Assembly: GCA_904395805.1 (NCBI GenBank) | Contig: CAJFNV010000009.1 | Coordinates: 14,111 to 78,110, forward strand | DNA length: 64,000 nucleotides | Reading direction: 5' to 3' | Origin: Candidatus Gallispira edinburgensis | Lineage (GTDB): Bacteria; Bacillota; Clostridia; Lachnospirales; CAG-274 | In this document: positions 29,189 to 39,416 of the stretch, one piece after another | Layout of the letters: each line of letters starts with the position of its first letter | Position numbering within the stretch: position 1 is the stretch's first letter | Position numbers and translations under genes: made by a program | Notes under the pieces: generated by a model | Databases searched by the model: none | What the model saw: the letters and a program-made list of their open reading frames with translations, nothing else | Told to the model about the DNA's origin: nothing

Positions 29189-30223
29189 ATGTTTAGTAAA
29201 GACATTGGTATAGATTTGGGTACAGCCAATACCCTTGTATATGTAAGAAACAAAGGTATTGTCATAAACGAACCATCAGTTGTAGCAATTGATACTACTA
29301 CCAGAGAAGTATTGGCTGTTGGCAATGATGCTAAGGAAATGATCGGCAGAACACCGGGCAATATCACGGCTATAAGACCTATGAGAGACGGTGCTATTGC
29401 AGATTATGCTGTAACTGAGGCTATGCTTAAGTATTTTATTTCAAAGGCTTATCCCCAAAATCCATTTTCTCCAAAACCAAGAATAGTTATATGTGTACCT
29501 TCAGGAATAACACCTGTGGAAAAACGTGCCGTTATAGAAGCGGCAGGAGGTGCAGGTGCAAAGGAGAGACACATTTATATAGTTGAAGAGCCTATGGCAG
29601 CAGCACTCGGAGCCGATTTAAAAATAGACGAGCCTGCAGGCAATATGATAGTTGATATAGGCGGAGGTACAAGCGAGGTTGCAGTTATATCTCTTGGCGG
29701 CATTGTGGCAAGCCGCTCTGTAAGAATAGCTGGTGATCAGTTTGATAGCAGCATTATTAACTATGTACGCTCTGAATATAAGATAGAAATAGGAGAAATA
29801 ACAGCCGAAGAAATAAAAATAAATGTCGGCTGTGCATATCTGGATATTAATTCCGACATAAAGGAAATAACTGTAAAAGGCAGAGATCTGGTTACAGGTC
29901 TGCCTAAACCGCTGACTATTAACTCACGTCAGGTCCAAAGTGCTCTTGCAGATTCCTTAGACATTATAGTTGATGCTATAAAGCGTACTCTTGAGGATAC
30001 TCCTCCGGAGCTTGCAGCTGATATAATGGAAATAGGTATTTATCTGACAGGAGGCGGAGCTTTGCTTAAAGGGCTTGACCGCCTTATATCCAAGAAAACA
30101 GGTATGCCTGTTCACATAGCAGAAAATCCTTTGGAATGTGTGGTTAATGGTGCAGGAAAAATAATTGATGATGTTGATATAGTCAACAAGCTGACTTCCA
30201 GCGACAAAAAAACATTAGCATAA
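29189..30223 (+). CDS. mreB: Rod-shape-determining actin homologue MreB
   Basis: MFSKDIGIDLGTANTLVY..EPMAAALGA..DIGGGTSEVAVISLGG. GGAGG SD before ATG 29189. Confidence 0.95.
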   Translation: MFSKDIGIDLGTANTLVYVRNKGIVINEPSVVAIDTTTREVLAVGNDAKEMIGRTPGNITAIRPMRDGAIADYAVTEAMLKYFISKAYPQNPFSPKPRIVICVPSGITPVEKRAVIEAAGGAGAKERHIYIVEEPMAAALGADLKIDEPAGNMIVDIGGGTSEVAVISLGGIVASRSVRIAGDQFDSSIINYVRSEYKIEIGEITAEEIKINVGCAYLDINSDIKEITVKGRDLVTGLPKPLTINSRQVQSALADSLDIIVDAIKRTLEDTPPELAADIMEIGIYLTGGGALLKGLDRLISKKTGMPVHIAENPLECVVNGAGKIIDDVDIVNKLTSSDKKTLA

Positions 30224-30299
30224 TGAAATACAGCAAGTCTTTTATTCAGGCTATGACGCTGCATTTTCATATCAAAGTATACTGAAAAGGTATGATGTT

Positions 30300-31154
30300 G
30301 TGAACAAGAAGTTTAAAGTTGTTTTCATTACATTGGCCGTAGTTTCCATAGGCTGTGCAGGCTTTTCCTATAACAGAAAGGCACCCACAGTTGCAGAAAA
30401 TGCTTTCGGCTATGTAATAACCCCTCTTCAGTCCTTTAATTTAAGTATACCGGACTGGTTTGGCGGTATTGCAAATTATTTCAAGGGCATAAGCAGTTTA
30501 GATGCCGAAAACAAAGAGCTTAAGGCTGATCTGCTTGAAGCCAGAGCGGAGCTTAACCGTCTTAAACTGGTAGAAAGCGAAAACATTCAGCTTGAAGCTT
30601 TGGTAAAACTTCAGCAGGACTATTCACAGTACTCCACAATAGGTGCAAAGGTCATAGCAAAAGATCCGGGCAACTGGTTTAATTCTTTTATTATAGACAA
30701 AGGCACAAATTATGGTCTGGAAAAGAACATGGTAGTTATGAATGAAGACGGTCTTGTTGGAAAAATAAGTGAATGTGGATATAACTACTCTAAAGTAGTC
30801 TCAATAATAAATGATACCGATGCAGTCAGTGCCGAAAGCCTGAGAACAAATGACATCGGTTATGTAGTGGCTGATTTTTCGGGAGATGCAAAATGTAAAA
30901 TGCAGTATTCCGATGCAAACGCCGATATTTTAGTAGGTGATGAAATTGTAACTTCTCACCTCAGTGAAATTTTTCCCGAAGGCATAAGCATTGGTCATGT
31001 AAGTGATCTTACGGTGGATTCCCAGACATCAATGCAGTATGCCATTATAGAACCATCAGTGGATTTTTCAAAGCTGAAATACGTGTTGGTTCTTGATACC
31101 TCTTTTGAAAAGGAATTTATAGAAAACACAACAACAGAGAGTGAGGAACAATAA
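30300..31154 (+). CDS. mreC: Rod-shape-determining protein MreC
   Basis: N-terminal TM, coiled coil LDAENKELKADLLEARAELNRLK, then a beta domain. GTG start. Confidence 0.85.
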   Translation: MNKKFKVVFITLAVVSIGCAGFSYNRKAPTVAENAFGYVITPLQSFNLSIPDWFGGIANYFKGISSLDAENKELKADLLEARAELNRLKLVESENIQLEALVKLQQDYSQYSTIGAKVIAKDPGNWFNSFIIDKGTNYGLEKNMVVMNEDGLVGKISECGYNYSKVVSIINDTDAVSAESLRTNDIGYVVADFSGDAKCKMQYSDANADILVGDEIVTSHLSEIFPEGISIGHVSDLTVDSQTSMQYAIIEPSVDFSKLKYVLVLDTSFEKEFIENTTTESEEQ

Positions 31155-31155
31155 A

Positions 31156-31665
31156 ATGAGATATGTTTTTTATCTGATTGTTTCAGCATTAATATTTATA
31201 TTCCAGTCAACTCTCTGCGAATACATAGCAATTGCAGGCATTAAGCCTAATTTTATGCTTATTTTTGTTGTTTCCATAGCTTTTCTTAAGGGCAATGGTG
31301 AAGGTTTGCTTGCGGGTATAATAATGGGTCTGCTCCAGGACTGTTATTTCGGACAGACAATAGGCAGCAACCTGTTTTTATACGGTATCATTGGATATGC
31401 TGTAGGCTGCCTCACAGATAATTTTAATAAGGACAATATTGTAGCACTTGTGCTGCTTACATTTATAGCAACACTTATTTACAATCTTGGCTTTTATATG
31501 CTTAATATAATTTTAAGGGGCTACACTACCTTTAACATATATATTGTTTTGAATATTCTGCCTGAGCTCATATATAACACAATATTTGCGTTTATTGTTT
31601 ATTTTGTTATTTATACAGTAAACAACAGTTCTTTTGGCAGAATAGGACGCAAACACAGATTTTAA
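31156..31665 (+). CDS. mreD: Rod-shape-determining protein MreD
   Basis: Small polytopic membrane protein directly after mreC. ATG 31156 has a GAGGAA SD. Confidence 0.8.
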   Translation: MRYVFYLIVSALIFIFQSTLCEYIAIAGIKPNFMLIFVVSIAFLKGNGEGLLAGIIMGLLQDCYFGQTIGSNLFLYGIIGYAVGCLTDNFNKDNIVALVLLTFIATLIYNLGFYMLNIILRGYTTFNIYIVLNILPELIYNTIFAFIVYFVIYTVNNSSFGRIGRKHRF

Positions 31666-31682
31666 TAGAATGGAATGTATGT

Positions 31683-34178
31683 ATGAAAGAATTATTGCGC
31701 AATATAACAAAATTGGATAATTACCGGTTATATATTATGCATGGAATAATTCTCCTTCTATTTTTTATTCTGGTGCTGAAGCTTTTTTCACTTCAGATAG
31801 CCAAAGGCGAATACTTCAGTCAGGAAGTAAATGACACGGCATTGAGAGAAGTTGATGTAGAAGCAGAACGAGGTACTATATATGACAGGTACGGACGTCC
31901 TCTTGCAGTAAATAATACAGCTTATGCTGTCAGTCTTGATCCAAGCGTTGGTGTGGATAACCTAAATATGGTTTTGTACGATTTAATAAATGTACTTGAA
32001 AAAAACGGCGAGAAGATAGTGGAAACCCTTCCCATTACATCTTCCCTGCCCCATGAGTTTTTATTTGACGGCAGCATAAATCAGGAAAAAAGATGGAAAG
32101 AGAATATGAATCTTGACGAAAGCTACACAGCAGAACAGTGCTTTAACGAGCTTAAGGAAAGATTTGAAATTGACGATACAATAGACAATACAATGGCAGG
32201 AAAAATACTGGGCTTAAGATGTGCCCTTTATGAAAAGAGATATTCAAAGTATGTTCCCGTTACAATTGCCTATAATATTTCAGAAAAAACATTAACTACA
32301 CTAAGAGAACAAGGGTCATCCTTCCCCTGTGCCTTTATAGATAACCAGAGTATAAGAGAATATCCTTACGGAAAATATTTTTCCCATATACTTGGATATA
32401 TCGGAAGTATAACAGATGAGGAACTTGAAGAGTATTCAAGGGAAGGCTATTCAATGGATGATGTAATAGGCAAGGACGGCATTGAAAAAGCCTATGAATC
32501 TGAGCTCAGAGGTACTGACGGAAGCCAGTATATAGAGGTTGACAGTTCAGGCAGACGAATTACAACCGTTGAAAACGAAGGTGTAAGCCCTGTATCAGGA
32601 AATGATGTCTACCTCACTGTAGATGCAGAACTTCAGAAAGCTGCTTACGATGCTCTTGAAGATGCCCTTACAGAGGCACAGCTCAACAGACTTTCAGGCG
32701 GTGACTACGGATACAGTGTAAGTGATGTTTTTAAATCAATGATCGAAAGCGATAATATAAGAATTAAAAATATTCTTAACTCACAGGATGGTACAACTCA
32801 GGGCAGAATAAAAAGCTATATTCTCTCACAGGACAGTGAAGCTTCAGGTGATGTTGAAAAAGCCCGTGAAATTTTACTTAAGGGCTATGAAAACGGCGCC
32901 GTATCAGGCTCTCAGCTTTTGATTGCCATGTATGAACAGGGACTTATTACCGACAATGACGGTATAATAACAAAGCTTAAATCAGGAGTTATAAGCTCCT
33001 CAACAGCTCTCCTTGATAAAATGCGTTCACAGGAAATTACTCCTCAGATGACCGCAATGGATCCGTGTACAGGCTCTGTTGTTGTAAATGATGTACATTC
33101 AGGTGAAGTGCTTGCAGCAGTCAGTTACCCATCCTATGACAATAATGAGCTTGTCAACAGCTTTAACAGTGAATACTATTTAAGGCTGCAAAATGACCCT
33201 ACAACTCCTATGGTCAACAGACCCTATCAGGAGCCGAGAGCTCCCGGCTCAACATTTAAAATGATAACTGCAGCCGCAGCTCTTGAAGAAGGTATTGTCG
33301 GACCCAATACTACCATATATGACGAAGGGACCTTTACAGATGCAGGAAAGCCCTATGCCCGCTGCTGGATCGGCTCGGGAAGCGGTTCCCATGGTTCTGT
33401 AGATGTATCTGAAGCTCTTGAAGTCTCATGTAACTATTATTTCTATACAGTTGCATATAATATGGGTTCAGATGCTATAACAAAGCTTAACAACTATATG
33501 AGAGCCTTTGGTCTTGACAATCCTACAGGTGTTGAAATATACGAGCTTTATAATTCAATGACAGATTATCCGTCCCGTATATCTTCACCTGAATATAAGG
33601 AGTATATTACAAAACAGAGATACGAAGACCCATCCTCCTCTGATTTAAAATGGAGTGCAGGCGATACAATAAGAACAGCTATCGGTCAGTCTTACAACAA
33701 TTACACCGCTGCCACTCTGGCAAAGTATGTTGCCACTCTGGCAAACGGAGGTACAAGATATAAAAATCACTTTATGAGTAAAATTACAGACTCAGACGGC
33801 AACCTCATAAGTGAATATAATGAGGTTACAGAAGAACAGCTTTCTCTTAAGCAAAGTACTATGGATGCAATTTTCGAAGGTATGTATCTGGTTACATCAG
33901 GTGACAGAGGCACACTCAGAAATTCATTTGCGGATTTCCCTGTCAGTGTTGCAGCAAAATCAGGTACAGCTCAGGAGTCAAGCAAGAGAAGCGAGCATAC
34001 AACTCTTGTTGCCTTTGCACCATATGAATCACCTCAGATATCCGTATCTGTTATGATACCATATGGCAACGACAGTTCCACTGCTCCCGCTCCTACTGTT
34101 GCAAAAGCAGTAATTTCAAAATATATGCAGCTTGACACCACCATTGAAAACAGAAGTTATAATACTTTGGTACGATAG
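31683..34178 (+). CDS. mrdA: Penicillin-binding protein 2 (class B transpeptidase), long 831-aa form
   Basis: PBP dimerisation domain plus transpeptidase motifs STFK (GSTFKMIT), SCN and KSGTA. Confidence 0.9.
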   Translation: MKELLRNITKLDNYRLYIMHGIILLLFFILVLKLFSLQIAKGEYFSQEVNDTALREVDVEAERGTIYDRYGRPLAVNNTAYAVSLDPSVGVDNLNMVLYDLINVLEKNGEKIVETLPITSSLPHEFLFDGSINQEKRWKENMNLDESYTAEQCFNELKERFEIDDTIDNTMAGKILGLRCALYEKRYSKYVPVTIAYNISEKTLTTLREQGSSFPCAFIDNQSIREYPYGKYFSHILGYIGSITDEELEEYSREGYSMDDVIGKDGIEKAYESELRGTDGSQYIEVDSSGRRITTVENEGVSPVSGNDVYLTVDAELQKAAYDALEDALTEAQLNRLSGGDYGYSVSDVFKSMIESDNIRIKNILNSQDGTTQGRIKSYILSQDSEASGDVEKAREILLKGYENGAVSGSQLLIAMYEQGLITDNDGIITKLKSGVISSSTALLDKMRSQEITPQMTAMDPCTGSVVVNDVHSGEVLAAVSYPSYDNNELVNSFNSEYYLRLQNDPTTPMVNRPYQEPRAPGSTFKMITAAAALEEGIVGPNTTIYDEGTFTDAGKPYARCWIGSGSGSHGSVDVSEALEVSCNYYFYTVAYNMGSDAITKLNNYMRAFGLDNPTGVEIYELYNSMTDYPSRISSPEYKEYITKQRYEDPSSSDLKWSAGDTIRTAIGQSYNNYTAATLAKYVATLANGGTRYKNHFMSKITDSDGNLISEYNEVTEEQLSLKQSTMDAIFEGMYLVTSGDRGTLRNSFADFPVSVAAKSGTAQESSKRSEHTTLVAFAPYESPQISVSVMIPYGNDSSTAPAPTVAKAVISKYMQLDTTIENRSYNTLVR

Positions 34179-34287
34179 GTATCACATTTTGTAAAAATAT
34201 ACATTAATTTTTGGATTTATTTTTCGTAAATTTTATGTATATTGTGCTATTATTAGTGTATAAATCTATGTACTTAGGAGGATAACA

Positions 34288-35097
34288 ATGAGTGAAGTAA
34301 TTGTTGTAACATCAGGCAAAGGCGGTGTGGGCAAAACCACCACCTCTGCAAATATCGGCACAGGTCTTGCAATTGCAGGCAAAAAAGTAGTAATGCTCGA
34401 TGCCGATATAGGGCTTCGTAATCTGGATGTAGTAATGGGTCTTGAAAACAGGATCATTTACGACCTTGTACAGGTTATTGAAGGCTCCTGCCGTCTGAAG
34501 CAGGCATTGGTAAGAGATAAGCGCTATGAAGGCCTTTATCTCCTGCCTGCTGCACAGACAAGGGATAAAGATTCTATTACTCCCGAACAGATGCAAAAGC
34601 TCTGTGACAGTATAAAGGAAGAAGGCTTTGACTATATTATTATAGACTGCCCTGCGGGAATTGAACAAGGATTTAAAAATGCTATTGCAGCTGCCGATAA
34701 GGCAATTGTAGTAACAACACCTGAAATTTCTGCAGTACGTGATGCTGACAGAATAATAGGTATGCTTGAGTCAAACGGACTATTGAATTCAAAACTTATT
34801 TTAAACAGAATAAGAGTTGACATGGTAGCCCGTAATGAAATGATGTCACTTGAAGATGTTGAAGAGATTCTTGCAATAGACACACTTGGCATTATTCCCG
34901 ATGATGAAAGTATTGTAATATCCACAAACAAGGGTGAGCCTGCAGTTGCAAACGAAAATTCTCTTGCAGGAGAGGCTTACAGAAATATAGTAAGACGTAT
35001 ACTTGGAGAGGATGTACCCTTAATGGATATTATGCCCTCTGTCAGGACAAGCCTTTTTGATAAACTGTTTGGCTGGATGCACAGAGAAAAGGAGTGA
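34288..35097 (+). CDS. minD: Septum site-determining ATPase MinD
   Basis: Deviant Walker A SGKGGVGKTT and the MinD-typical LDADIGLRNLD. Confidence 0.95.
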   Translation: MSEVIVVTSGKGGVGKTTTSANIGTGLAIAGKKVVMLDADIGLRNLDVVMGLENRIIYDLVQVIEGSCRLKQALVRDKRYEGLYLLPAAQTRDKDSITPEQMQKLCDSIKEEGFDYIIIDCPAGIEQGFKNAIAAADKAIVVTTPEISAVRDADRIIGMLESNGLLNSKLILNRIRVDMVARNEMMSLEDVEEILAIDTLGIIPDDESIVISTNKGEPAVANENSLAGEAYRNIVRRILGEDVPLMDIMPSVRTSLFDKLFGWMHREKE

Positions 35098-35101
35098 TAT
35101 T

Positions 35102-35335
35102 ATGTATGATAATAACTCCTCGGGAGCAATAGCAAAAGACAGATTAAAATATTTGATTTTAAAGGACAGAGTATCCTGTACAGATGAAACTCTTGACATG
35201 ATAAAGCAGGACGTTGTCAAAACAATATCAAATTACATAGATATTGACAGGTACTCTGTCAGACTGTCCCTTGAACAGGACACAAAAAACAATAAAAGCA
35301 TAACATATATCAATATTAAGGCACCAATAAAATAA
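35102..35335 (+). CDS. minE: Cell division topological specificity factor MinE
   Basis: 77 aa, SGAIAKDRLKYLILKDR..DMIKQDVVKTISNYIDID, directly after minD. The 35057 start in the track is rejected because it overlaps minD. Confidence 0.85.
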   Translation: MYDNNSSGAIAKDRLKYLILKDRVSCTDETLDMIKQDVVKTISNYIDIDRYSVRLSLEQDTKNNKSITYINIKAPIK

Positions 35336-35355
35336 AAAGACAGGATGACAGTTAA

Positions 35356-36471
35356 ATGCACAGGAAAATTTATAGCCTTGACTATGTACTTATATTTTTT
35401 GTTTTAGCAGTATCCATAGTGGGCATAATAACAATAGGAAGTACGACCCATATAAATGTCAACGGAATAAAAGGCAATTTTTTAAATCAGATACTCTGGC
35501 TAATTTCCGGAATATTTCTTATGCTGTTTTTTACATTCTGGGATTATAAAAAAATTGCAAAGCTTTATATTCCTATTTATATTTTAAATATACTTCTTCT
35601 TGTACTTGTATTGTTAATAGGCAATGAGGACAGAGGTGTACGCCGCTGGATATTCGGTATTCAGCCTTCTGAGTTTGCAAAAATATTTACTATAATTTAT
35701 TTGTCAAAACTTGTTGACAAATTTAAAGAAAAGATTAATAATATAAGTATAGTAGCACTTATTGCTGTTGCTGTAATTATACCTGTGGCTCTTATTAAAA
35801 TGCAGCCTTCTTTATCTGCCAGTATGGTTTTGCTTGCTATATTTATTACAGAAATGTTTGTGGGCAATATCGGCTCAAAATATATAAAGATCGCAGTTAT
35901 TGCAGTTATTGCAGTTATTGCAGTGGTATATTTTGATGCCATAAGCTCAGAACACAGAATACTCAGCTTATTTATGAGTGATTATCAGATATCAAGAATT
36001 GTTGAGTATATTCATTCAGACTTTTCAAGTCCTGATTTCTACCAGACTAAAAATTCGATCTGGGCAATAGGTTCAGGACAGCTTACAGGCAAAGGTCTGT
36101 TTAAGGGCACAATAAATCAGCTCAGCTATCTTCCCGATTCTCACAATGACTTTATTTTTTCTGTTATAGGTGAAGAATTCGGATTTATAGGCTGTCTTAT
36201 TGTACTCATATTTATGTTTGTAATTATAAGCAGATGTATTAATATTGCTATTAATGCAGAAGATTTTTTAGGAACACTTATTGCCGGAGGCGTGGCAGGA
36301 ATGATAGCCTTCCAGACTTTCGTTAATGTAGGCGTTGCTACAGGTCTTTTGCCTAACACAGGTATGCCCTTTCCTTTTTTAAGCTATGGCGGCAGTTCAA
36401 TGTGGGCTAATATGATTGCTATAGGGTTAGTATTAAATGTGGGTATAACCAGACAAAAAAATATTTTTTAG
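35356..36471 (+). CDS. rodA: SEDS-family peptidoglycan glycosyltransferase RodA
   Basis: FtsW/RodA/SpoVE polytopic protein, QPSEFAKI..LPDSHNDFIFSVIGEEFGF..GLLPNTGMPFPFLSYGGSS. Confidence 0.9.
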   Translation: MHRKIYSLDYVLIFFVLAVSIVGIITIGSTTHINVNGIKGNFLNQILWLISGIFLMLFFTFWDYKKIAKLYIPIYILNILLLVLVLLIGNEDRGVRRWIFGIQPSEFAKIFTIIYLSKLVDKFKEKINNISIVALIAVAVIIPVALIKMQPSLSASMVLLAIFITEMFVGNIGSKYIKIAVIAVIAVIAVVYFDAISSEHRILSLFMSDYQISRIVEYIHSDFSSPDFYQTKNSIWAIGSGQLTGKGLFKGTINQLSYLPDSHNDFIFSVIGEEFGFIGCLIVLIFMFVIISRCINIAINAEDFLGTLIAGGVAGMIAFQTFVNVGVATGLLPNTGMPFPFLSYGGSSMWANMIAIGLVLNVGITRQKNIF

Positions 36472-36481
36472 GGGTGATTAA

Positions 36482-36904
36482 ATGAACATAGCTTTAGTTG
36501 CAAATGACAGTAAAAAGACTTTAATGGAAAATTTATGTATTGCATACAGACATATCCTTATTAAACATGACTTGTATGCAACAGGCACAACAGGTCAGCT
36601 CATTGAAGATACATCGAGCCTGCCTATACATAAATATTTAGCCGGTGATTTAGGAGGAGAACAGCAGCTTGCCTCTCAGATAAGTAACAATGAAATTGAT
36701 TTGGTAATTTTTTTAAGAGATACATCATATCCACCAAAGCATCCTGCAATAGGTGCCGCTGATTTCAGCTCTGCACTCAGATTTTGTGATATGCACAATA
36801 TTCCTCTGGCAACTAATCTTGCGACAGCAGAAGCTCTTCTTCTGGCTCTTGACAGAGGGGATCTTGACTGGCGTAATCTTGTAAGAAATAACAGCAACCT
36901 ATGA
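36482..36904 (+). CDS. mgsA: Methylglyoxal synthase
   Basis: IALVANDSKK..LYATGTTG..GDLGGEQQ..DLVIFLRD. Confidence 0.9.
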   Translation: MNIALVANDSKKTLMENLCIAYRHILIKHDLYATGTTGQLIEDTSSLPIHKYLAGDLGGEQQLASQISNNEIDLVIFLRDTSYPPKHPAIGAADFSSALRFCDMHNIPLATNLATAEALLLALDRGDLDWRNLVRNNSNL

Positions 36905-37179
36905 CAGATAAACTGTATCTTTACTATTATATACTGGTTAATTCTGTTTTGTTCATTCTTATGGGCATAGATAAATTAAGCGCAAAACTTCATAAATGGA
37001 GAATTAAAGAAGCCACACTTTTAACAATTTCTTTAATCGGAGGCGGACTGGGTGGCTTTTTAGCTATGCTTATTTTTCATCATAAAATAAGAAAAAAATA
37101 CTTTACCATAGTCTTTTTATTTTCAATACTTACACATATTATAATATACTTTTCTTTTGTCAAATTTCAGCTGCATTGA
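36901..37179 (+). CDS. DUF1294-family small membrane protein
   Basis: GIDKLSAKLHKWRIKEATLL..GGGLGGFLAM..FHHK motif. Confidence 0.7.
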   Translation: MTDKLYLYYYILVNSVLFILMGIDKLSAKLHKWRIKEATLLTISLIGGGLGGFLAMLIFHHKIRKKYFTIVFLFSILTHIIIYFSFVKFQLH

Positions 37180-37248
37180 TTTTAATGCAATAATTTTTAA
37201 AACAATAAAATAAGAGGCACCGCTATATGCACCTCTTATTTTAATATC

Positions 37249-38664
37249 CTATACCAGATCAAGTGTAAATGTAAATTTACTTCCTATCCCCTTTTCACTT
37301 TCAAGCTCTATTGTCTGCTTATGAGCCTTTACAAATTCTTTAACTATCGCAAGTCCGAGACCGCTGCCTGCCTTATCCATACCTCTTGATGCATCGGCCT
37401 TATAGAGCCTTTCAAATACTCTTGTCTGCTCATCTTCTGAAAGACCTATTCCCGTATCCTCTACAGAAATATACGCTTTTCCATTCTTTACTACGGAGCT
37501 TACAGTTACTCCTCCCCTGTCTGTAAATTTAACAGCATTGTCAACAAGATTATTTATTACTCTTCTTATTTTTTCAGCATCACCTTTTACATTTATTACT
37601 TCTCTTTCTGTTATCATTTTAAGATAAATATTTTTTTCATAAGCTCTTACTTTCATTAAATTTATTACTTCATTTATGACAAAATTTATATCAAATTCTG
37701 TTATATTTAAAGCATTTACTGAATTATCAAGTTTTGTCAGATCAAGTATATTATCCGAAAGGGTCTGAAGTCTTTCGGTTTCTTTATATATGATTTCCAT
37801 ATAATGCTTATACTTGTCCTCGCTTATTGTTCCGTCAAGCATAGCCTGCAAAAATCCTCTTATTGATGTTATGGGAGATCTCAGATCATGAGAAATATTA
37901 GATATTATTTCCCTGCGCCTTTTTTCAAGACTGTCCAGATTTTCCGCCATCTTATTAAAAGTATAGCAAAGTTCTGAAAGTTCATCGTTTGTATTATTTC
38001 GGATTTCGATTTTTTCATCAAAATTTCCCTTTGATATATATTTTGCAGCAGAGTTAAGTTCCCTTATGGGTTTAACAAACTCACTTACAGTCCAGTGAAT
38101 TGTCACAAATCCCAGAATAACAGCCAGAAGAAGAAAAAATGCAACTATTATATATATTCTGTTTATATTTGCTATGAGTTCGCTCATAGGTACACTTACA
38201 AAAACGATTGTTTCAACCTTATTGTCATACATTGTAGGATAACATAATATATATCTGCTATGAGAATAAATATTGTCAATGTTTCCCTCTATCCACTTAA
38301 CCTTGCCCTCTAATATATTTTCATAACTGGGAACGGAAGATATTTTATTTCCAACAGTCGTATTTAAAATATCCTTTGACTCTGCAATGACATTTAAATC
38401 TCTGTCAGTCATGAAAAAGCTATAATCCATATATTTGTCAAGTATAGTTATCTCGTTTTCAAAGTAAGCCTCATCAAATACACCATTTTTATAGCTCTGA
38501 GTGTAAATATCAGAAATTTTCATAGCCTGATTCAATAAATCGTTTTTCTGATCACTGTAAAAATAGCCTCTGAATATTTCTGTAAATCCCAGACTTAACA
38601 AAAAAGAGGATACAAGCAAAACTATGATGTAATAACTAAATGTTCTGCCAAATGCACTTCTCAT
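37249..38664 (-). CDS. Sensor histidine kinase (2 TM, HAMP, HisKA, HATPase_c) with no adjacent response regulator
   Basis: H-box ISNISHDLRSPITSIRGF, N-box NNLVDNAVKFT, G-boxes DTGIGL and GSGLGLAIV. Confidence 0.9.
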   Translation of the reverse strand: MRSAFGRTFSYYIIVLLVSSFLLSLGFTEIFRGYFYSDQKNDLLNQAMKISDIYTQSYKNGVFDEAYFENEITILDKYMDYSFFMTDRDLNVIAESKDILNTTVGNKISSVPSYENILEGKVKWIEGNIDNIYSHSRYILCYPTMYDNKVETIVFVSVPMSELIANINRIYIIVAFFLLLAVILGFVTIHWTVSEFVKPIRELNSAAKYISKGNFDEKIEIRNNTNDELSELCYTFNKMAENLDSLEKRRREIISNISHDLRSPITSIRGFLQAMLDGTISEDKYKHYMEIIYKETERLQTLSDNILDLTKLDNSVNALNITEFDINFVINEVINLMKVRAYEKNIYLKMITEREVINVKGDAEKIRRVINNLVDNAVKFTDRGGVTVSSVVKNGKAYISVEDTGIGLSEDEQTRVFERLYKADASRGMDKAGSGLGLAIVKEFVKAHKQTIELESEKGIGSKFTFTLDLV

Positions 38665-38999
38665 TATTTAAGAAAATCCTCTCTCTGTGGTGTAAATACG
38701 TCTACAAGCTTCCCCTTAGGTGTAAGAACTTTACAGCTGTGCATAACATTTGAAGGCATGTATACTGTATCCCCCTCTTTTATTACTTTAACTTCTCCTC
38801 CTATTCTGAATTCAAACTCACCCTCTGCACAGTATGATGCCTGTTCATGAACATGCTTATGCTCAAGGGCATCAAACCCATCCTCAAAGTAAACCTCAAC
38901 AATCATTAAATTCTCACTGTGTGCAAGAACCTTTCTGTAATTTTTGCCCGGAACAAGTGTTTCAAGCTCGCTGTCTGAATTATAGAAAAAATTTGACAT
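38664..38999 (-). CDS. Cupin-domain protein (111 aa)
   Basis: Cupin motifs LEHKHVHEQASYCAEGEFEF and GDTVYMPSNVMH. Its stop overlaps the kinase ATG by 1 nt. Confidence 0.75.
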   Translation of the reverse strand: MSNFFYNSDSELETLVPGKNYRKVLAHSENLMIVEVYFEDGFDALEHKHVHEQASYCAEGEFEFRIGGEVKVIKEGDTVYMPSNVMHSCKVLTPKGKLVDVFTPQREDFLK

Positions 39000-39084
39000 T
39001 GTTATTTCCTCCTGAAAATTATATTTATACCTTGATTATAAATCAAAACATAAAAAATTACAATATAACATTATCTTAAAAATA

Positions 39085-39113
39085 ACATATTTATAAATAG
39101 CAGGCATATAAAT
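39085..39113 (+). promoter_or_regulatory. Possible sigma-E-type sporulation promoter upstream of yqfC (ACATATT-13-CATATAAAT)
   Basis: Resembles the mother-cell consensus (ATATT..CATACA-T). B. subtilis yqfCD is sigma-E dependent. Confidence 0.3.
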
Positions 39114-39131
39114 TTATAAAGGGATAGGTGT

Positions 39132-39416
39132 GTGGAGAATATGAAAAAGATAACAGAAAAGCTTTCGGAAAAAAGTCAATTTCCTCTTGAAGTAATATCC
39201 TCTGCCCCTAAGATAGAAATCACCGGAAACAATATGTTTTATATTGAAAACCACAAAGGAATTAAACTTCTGACTTCCGACCTTGTTATAATAAAACTTA
39301 AAGAAGGTCTTTTTGTCATAGAAGGAGAAAAAATTTCCATACAGGAAATTAACAAAGATCATATATATTTAACGGGAATTTTTAATTCCTTCAGGTTTGA
39401 TAAAATTTTGAGGTGA
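39132..39416 (+). CDS. yqfC: Sporulation protein YqfC (YabP/YqfC family)
   Basis: PKIEITGNNMFYIENHKGI..L.I.G..I.I pattern. The start is GTG 39132 or ATG 39141. Confidence 0.85.
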   Translation: MENMKKITEKLSEKSQFPLEVISSAPKIEITGNNMFYIENHKGIKLLTSDLVIIKLKEGLFVIEGEKISIQEINKDHIYLTGIFNSFRFDKILR

